64,000 nt of DNA from positions 726 to 64,725 of the forward strand of contig WAPO01000166.1 in the NCBI GenBank assembly GCA_015520705.1. Direction: 5' to 3'. The position numbers were made by a program, and so were the translations under genes. A model generated the notes under the pieces. The model made no database searches. It saw only the letters and a program-made list of their open reading frames with translations, and was not told the DNA's origin. Below are positions 60,315-64,000 of the stretch, one piece after another. Numbering within the stretch: position 1 is the first letter of the stretch; every line of letters starts with the position of its first letter. This stretch comes from Thermococcus sp. (lineage in GTDB: Archaea; Methanobacteriota_B; Thermococci; Thermococcales; Thermococcaceae).

Positions 60315-60881
60315 GTGGGCACTATGATAGTTATCGTAACCGGAATGCCTGGTTCGGGGAAGAGCAAAATCGTTAGAGAGTTTTCAAAGCATGGAGTTCC
60401 TCACGTTTCTATGGGGGATATTGTTAGGGAGGAAACGGTAAAGAGAGGACTTGATCTTACCAAAGAGAATGTGGCAAAGGTTAGCATACGCCTGCGCCAG
60501 GAGCTCGGACAGAACGCCGTGGCAAAGCTGACGGTCGAGAAGGTCAGGGAGCTCCTTAAAAGCAGCAGTGTTGTCGTTATAGACGGGGTAAGGTCGCTTG
60601 ATGAGGTTGGAACCTTCAGGAGCGCCTTTCCTGAGGAGGAAATCGTGATTGTAGCCGTTCACACACCACCCCATATGAGATTCCAACGCCTCAGGGCAAG
60701 GGGGAGGCACGACGACCCGCAGAGCTGGGAGGAGTTCGAGGAAAGGGACTGGAAGGAGCTCCGCTTTGGAATCGGCAGCGTCATAGCCATGGCGGATTAC
60801 GTGATAGTGAATGACAGGAGCAGGGAGGAATACAGCAGAAGGGTCAGGGAGCTGGTCAAAAAGCTCCTAACCAAGCATTGA
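60315..60881 (+). CDS. UPF0200 dephospho-CoA-kinase-like P-loop protein
   Basis: TGMPGSGKS, IDGVRS, RGRHDDP. Confidence 0.85.
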   Translation: MGTMIVIVTGMPGSGKSKIVREFSKHGVPHVSMGDIVREETVKRGLDLTKENVAKVSIRLRQELGQNAVAKLTVEKVRELLKSSSVVVIDGVRSLDEVGTFRSAFPEEEIVIVAVHTPPHMRFQRLRARGRHDDPQSWEEFEERDWKELRFGIGSVIAMADYVIVNDRSREEYSRRVRELVKKLLTKH

Positions 60882-61676
60882 ATCGAGGAAGAGCATGACG
60901 TAGAAGCCGGCAAAGAAGCCCAGTGTTATCAGCAGCTCATTCTCCTCTTTCCTGTAAATCTCGGGTATCATCTCCTTAACCGTGACGTAGAGCATCGCCC
61001 CGCCTGCAAGGCCGAGGCCATAGGGTAGAAGCCAGCCGAAGAGCGTAAAGAAGTAAGCTCCAACCAGAACCATCGCCATCTCGGCAACACCGCTGAGAAT
61101 GCCCGTCATTATGGGCTGGAGACGCTTCTTCTGGAGAACCGCGAGGGGAAGCGAAACGACCGTTCCCTCCGGAAAGTCCTGTATGCCTATTGCTATTGCT
61201 GTCACAAGACCCACCTCAAGGTTGTAAACGATAGAGGTTCCAACAGCTAAGCCCTCGGGGAGGTTGTGAATAATGACGGCAAAAACGAGGAGCCACACCA
61301 TTTTCAGCCTGTTCCTGAACTCTTCCGGCCCCTCATAGCCCTTTGAGAGATGCTCATGAGGGGTGTATCTGTCTATGGCGGATATAAGAAGGACTCCGAG
61401 GGCTATGCCAACGGCCGCCGGGGTGAAGCTTCCGGTGCTCTCTATGGCGGGCAGTATGAGGCTCGTGAAGGCCGCGACCATCATAACACCGGCGGCGAAG
61501 CTCAGGCTGAAGTCGACACCGCTGTCAGGGATTCTCTTTGCAAATATCGCAACAAGCGCACCCATTGAGGTCATAAGGGCAACGAACAGACCGGCATAAA
61601 ACGCCATCCACATTATGCTGCCGCCGGACATGCTCAGAATCCAGCGCGAAAGGTCGGCTATGAAGTTCTCCAGCAT
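60867..61676 (-). CDS. ZIP (ZupT/GufA) family metal transporter
   Basis: FAAGVM, HNLPEG, QDFPEG, GGAMLYV..EMIPE. Confidence 0.93.
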   Translation of the reverse strand: MLENFIADLSRWILSMSGGSIMWMAFYAGLFVALMTSMGALVAIFAKRIPDSGVDFSLSFAAGVMMVAAFTSLILPAIESTGSFTPAAVGIALGVLLISAIDRYTPHEHLSKGYEGPEEFRNRLKMVWLLVFAVIIHNLPEGLAVGTSIVYNLEVGLVTAIAIGIQDFPEGTVVSLPLAVLQKKRLQPIMTGILSGVAEMAMVLVGAYFFTLFGWLLPYGLGLAGGAMLYVTVKEMIPEIYRKEENELLITLGFFAGFYVMLFLDSMLG

Positions 61677-61686
61677 GATCTCACCA

Positions 61687-61705
61687 TTAGGTTAGCCTAA
61701 CACTC
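61687..61705. promoter_or_regulatory. DtxR/IdeR-like operator upstream of the ZIP gene
   Basis: TTAGGTTAGCCTAACACTC matches the first 15 of 19 nt of the DtxR consensus TTAGGTTAGCCTAACCTAA; lies between TATA (61711-61718) and RBS. Confidence 0.65.
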
Positions 61706-61773
61706 TTAGGGTTTTAAATGTTTTGGTGGAAGGATATTTAAGGGCTGAAGCAGAGCTCTAAAAGGTGCTCCAT

Positions 61774-61920
61774 ATGAAGGAGAAACGCAAGAAGAGAGAG
61801 GGCATCCTTAAAGAACTCCACAACGATCCGCTCTGGAAGAGCATCGGGCTGCTTGATACGGAGGAGGAAGACCTGAGCGAGAGGGACGACTGGGGCGTGG
61901 TGAAATGGGAAAGCGAGTGA
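61774..61920 (+). CDS. Small 48-aa antitoxin-like acidic-tailed peptide (not in ORF track)
   Basis: AGGTG RBS, ATTTAAG TATA; MKEKRKKREGILKELHNDPLWKSIGLLDTEEEDLSERDDWGVVKWESE*. Confidence 0.5.
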   Translation: MKEKRKKREGILKELHNDPLWKSIGLLDTEEEDLSERDDWGVVKWESE

Positions 61921-61944
61921 GGGGCTTGTAAAATCCTCCCGCAC

Positions 61945-63942
61945 TCAGCTCTTATGAAAACCCAGGTATTTTCCTTCGATTTCGAGGGATACAAGATAGG
62001 CTATCCTGCGCTTTTTCTCGGATTCAGACCGTTTTGGATCTATCCCGTGCTTTTCGGGGTGCTTTAGAATCTCTTCCGTCAACTCTGCGACATCGTGGAG
62101 CATGAGCGCGGCGCACCTGTATTCTTCGACCAAGCGATCAAGCTGTACGTCCTTTTGCGAAGGCATGCCGGATTTCCCAATGCCTTTCGCGAACTCTTTG
62201 GCCCTTTTGTAGCCTTTCTCCTTGAATTCCCTCCCCTTCATCCTGCCGTATCTCTCAATTTCCACGATGGATTTAATCCGCCCGCTCATCACCCCATCAA
62301 CTACCTCTTTGTAGGCCCGAGCCAGTGCTCTGATCTCTCCAAGGGGGTCTCTGCTGTACATTATCGTGTACGGGATGAAAGTCTGCTCTAGTTTGTCCCC
62401 GAGAGAATCTGGCCCCTTCAGTCCCAGCTTCCTCGGATCATCGTGGGGCAACACTACTATCTTCCTGTCCTTCTCCACGTACTCGTACCCTGTTCCGGGA
62501 TGCCTCTTTATTTGATCCGCCGGGATTCCAAGCACTTCCTCCACCCAGTGCCTTTTTTTGTGCCGGCTGTTGAGTTGGCCGTCCCTCTTCACAGTCTCGC
62601 GTTTTTCCTTGGGGGTCTGGACATCGTTCCTATCGTGTGAAGGCCGGGAAGGAGTCTCGGCACGCGTTTTGGGTTTGGAAGGGCGACTGGAAGCCCTACC
62701 CACGGGTCGCTCATGCGCGGGAGGATGTTCTGCTCTCTCTTCTATCACAACGGCGTACCTCCCTTCAGGGGTTTGAATCACTTTCCCGCCCTTGAGTGAT
62801 GCAAAGTCCTCAGCAAGCACCCGATCATCAAAGATCGCCACAGGCTTTCCCGCATTAACTTCTTCAACCACCACAGCATACTTGCCATCCGGCGTCTGCA
62901 CCACTTTGCCCCCCTTGAGGGACGCATACTCTTCCGCAAGCGCCCTGTCTTCGAAGGCTGCTACGGGCTTTCCAGTCATCTGCTGCATCTTCTTTTCTCC
63001 TGCAATCAGCCCGAGTTTCCGTAGTGCATCCAAATAGTGTTCCTTTTTCAGCTGAACGAGCCTTCTTTCTTTTCTCTCTGGCAGTATGTACTCTGCCAGA
63101 AGCTTCTTCTGAATTACTCCTTCAGCGAGTTTGTTCTCGAGCTCAATAATTTCGTCCAATTCCTTTCTTCGTTCCTCTGGTATTAGTTCCTCAAAGGGTG
63201 TTTTCTTCTCCTCAAAGAGGTGTGGGAACATATCCAAGAACCTCTTGTGCACCTTGTATATCGTTTCAAGCTCTTCTGGACGTGCAAACTTCTTGACTAG
63301 GTAGTGCGGCGGAGTGATTTTGCTTTCCATGATTTCTATGAGTGCATCTATCTCGGATGGTTTTAGTATTCCCTGCAAGAACTTCTTGTGCGCCTCTTTA
63401 CCGTATCCATATTCGTATGCTCTTTCAGCCACGTTTGACAGCGCTATTGCAGCCCTCAAGAAGTCCGGATACGCCGCCGCCAGCTTCTTCGCAGTCTCTG
63501 GAGGAATGCCCCACCTTCTCGCACTGTCGTAAATGTAGTCCATATTTTCTGAGATGTTTTCTTCCTCGAACAAATGGTGTTCCAAGGTTTCATATCTTTT
63601 CTTGTCGTGCATCTTCGGAGTTATTGATCTTGCTCCTGAAAGGTATGCGTGTTTTGGGTCCACGCCCCCAGCAGCGAACGCGACCTTTGCCCAGTACTCC
63701 GCCAGCCCGTGGGCTACCGCGTCTTTCCATCCGCCTTTCCCCACGACCTGCACGGCATCGTGTGTTGGCCCCAGGATGGTCCTCCACGCTTCGTCCTTTC
63801 GTATCTCTTCTTTCATCCGTGGTAGTAGAAGCCCGTTGCCGTCAGGATGTGTTCTTAAATATTCTTCTGCCCAACCAGCTTTCAGTCTTTTTCTTTTGTC
63901 TAGTGGATCAGTGCACTCGGAAACGGCACCATTCTTCTCCAC
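61945..63942 (-). CDS. Orphan 665-aa protein with an internal tandem repeat
   Basis: Long ORF with GAGGTGGAG at its 5' end; no family recognised. Confidence 0.7.
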   Translation of the reverse strand: MEKNGAVSECTDPLDKRKRLKAGWAEEYLRTHPDGNGLLLPRMKEEIRKDEAWRTILGPTHDAVQVVGKGGWKDAVAHGLAEYWAKVAFAAGGVDPKHAYLSGARSITPKMHDKKRYETLEHHLFEEENISENMDYIYDSARRWGIPPETAKKLAAAYPDFLRAAIALSNVAERAYEYGYGKEAHKKFLQGILKPSEIDALIEIMESKITPPHYLVKKFARPEELETIYKVHKRFLDMFPHLFEEKKTPFEELIPEERRKELDEIIELENKLAEGVIQKKLLAEYILPERKERRLVQLKKEHYLDALRKLGLIAGEKKMQQMTGKPVAAFEDRALAEEYASLKGGKVVQTPDGKYAVVVEEVNAGKPVAIFDDRVLAEDFASLKGGKVIQTPEGRYAVVIEERAEHPPAHERPVGRASSRPSKPKTRAETPSRPSHDRNDVQTPKEKRETVKRDGQLNSRHKKRHWVEEVLGIPADQIKRHPGTGYEYVEKDRKIVVLPHDDPRKLGLKGPDSLGDKLEQTFIPYTIMYSRDPLGEIRALARAYKEVVDGVMSGRIKSIVEIERYGRMKGREFKEKGYKRAKEFAKGIGKSGMPSQKDVQLDRLVEEYRCAALMLHDVAELTEEILKHPEKHGIDPKRSESEKKRRIAYLVSLEIEGKYLGFHKS
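62737..62973 (-). repeat. Two 38-aa tandem modules (123-nt period) in the 665-aa protein
   Basis: GKPVAAFEDRALAEEYASLKGGKVVQTPDGKYAVVVEE and GKPVAIFDDRVLAEDFASLKGGKVIQTPEGRYAVVIEE. Confidence 0.9.
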
Positions 63943-64000
63943 CTCTACTACTTCTAACTACGCTCCAGTGGTATAAAAATGAAGAGGTAGGAGTGGTATT

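Overview
Chromosomal segment of a Thermococcales archaeon. The assignment rests on GGTGA/GAGGTG ribosome-binding sites, BRE-TATA promoters and the gene set (tbp, aMBF1, Nop5-fibrillarin, Hel308, SRP19, IorAB, SudAB, TrmI). Most of the window is conserved housekeeping or metabolic DNA: ribose-1,5-bisphosphate isomerase, HMG-CoA synthase/thiolase/DUF35, a polyamine operon, a stand-alone Mrp/Mnh antiporter operon and a peptide ABC operon. Three accessory segments stand out. (1) An AT-rich islet at about 18.55-22.85 kb has a 24-bp dyad, an unannotated 48-aa CxxC ORF, a SAM methyltransferase and a metal-chelate ABC transporter. (2) A defence islet at about 38.5-46.3 kb has an unknown 575-aa membrane protein, a Type IIG restriction-modification gene whose apparent N-terminus is split off by a 1-nt frameshift, a stand-alone HsdR-N-type nuclease behind a perfect 27-bp palindrome, and a box C/D sRNA. 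(3) An orphan 665-aa protein with a tandem repeat and a tiny antitoxin-like ORF lie at the right end. Also noted by eye: a class-I glutamine amidotransferase homologue lacking its catalytic Cys and His, an apparently circularly permuted family-5 solute-binding protein, a DUF1884 (family 4 encapsulin-like) gene next to OsmC, a DtxR-like box before the ZIP transporter and a SurR-like box before sudBA. No tRNA, rRNA, CRISPR array, integrase or transposase was recognised. All family assignments come from motif recognition without database searches.
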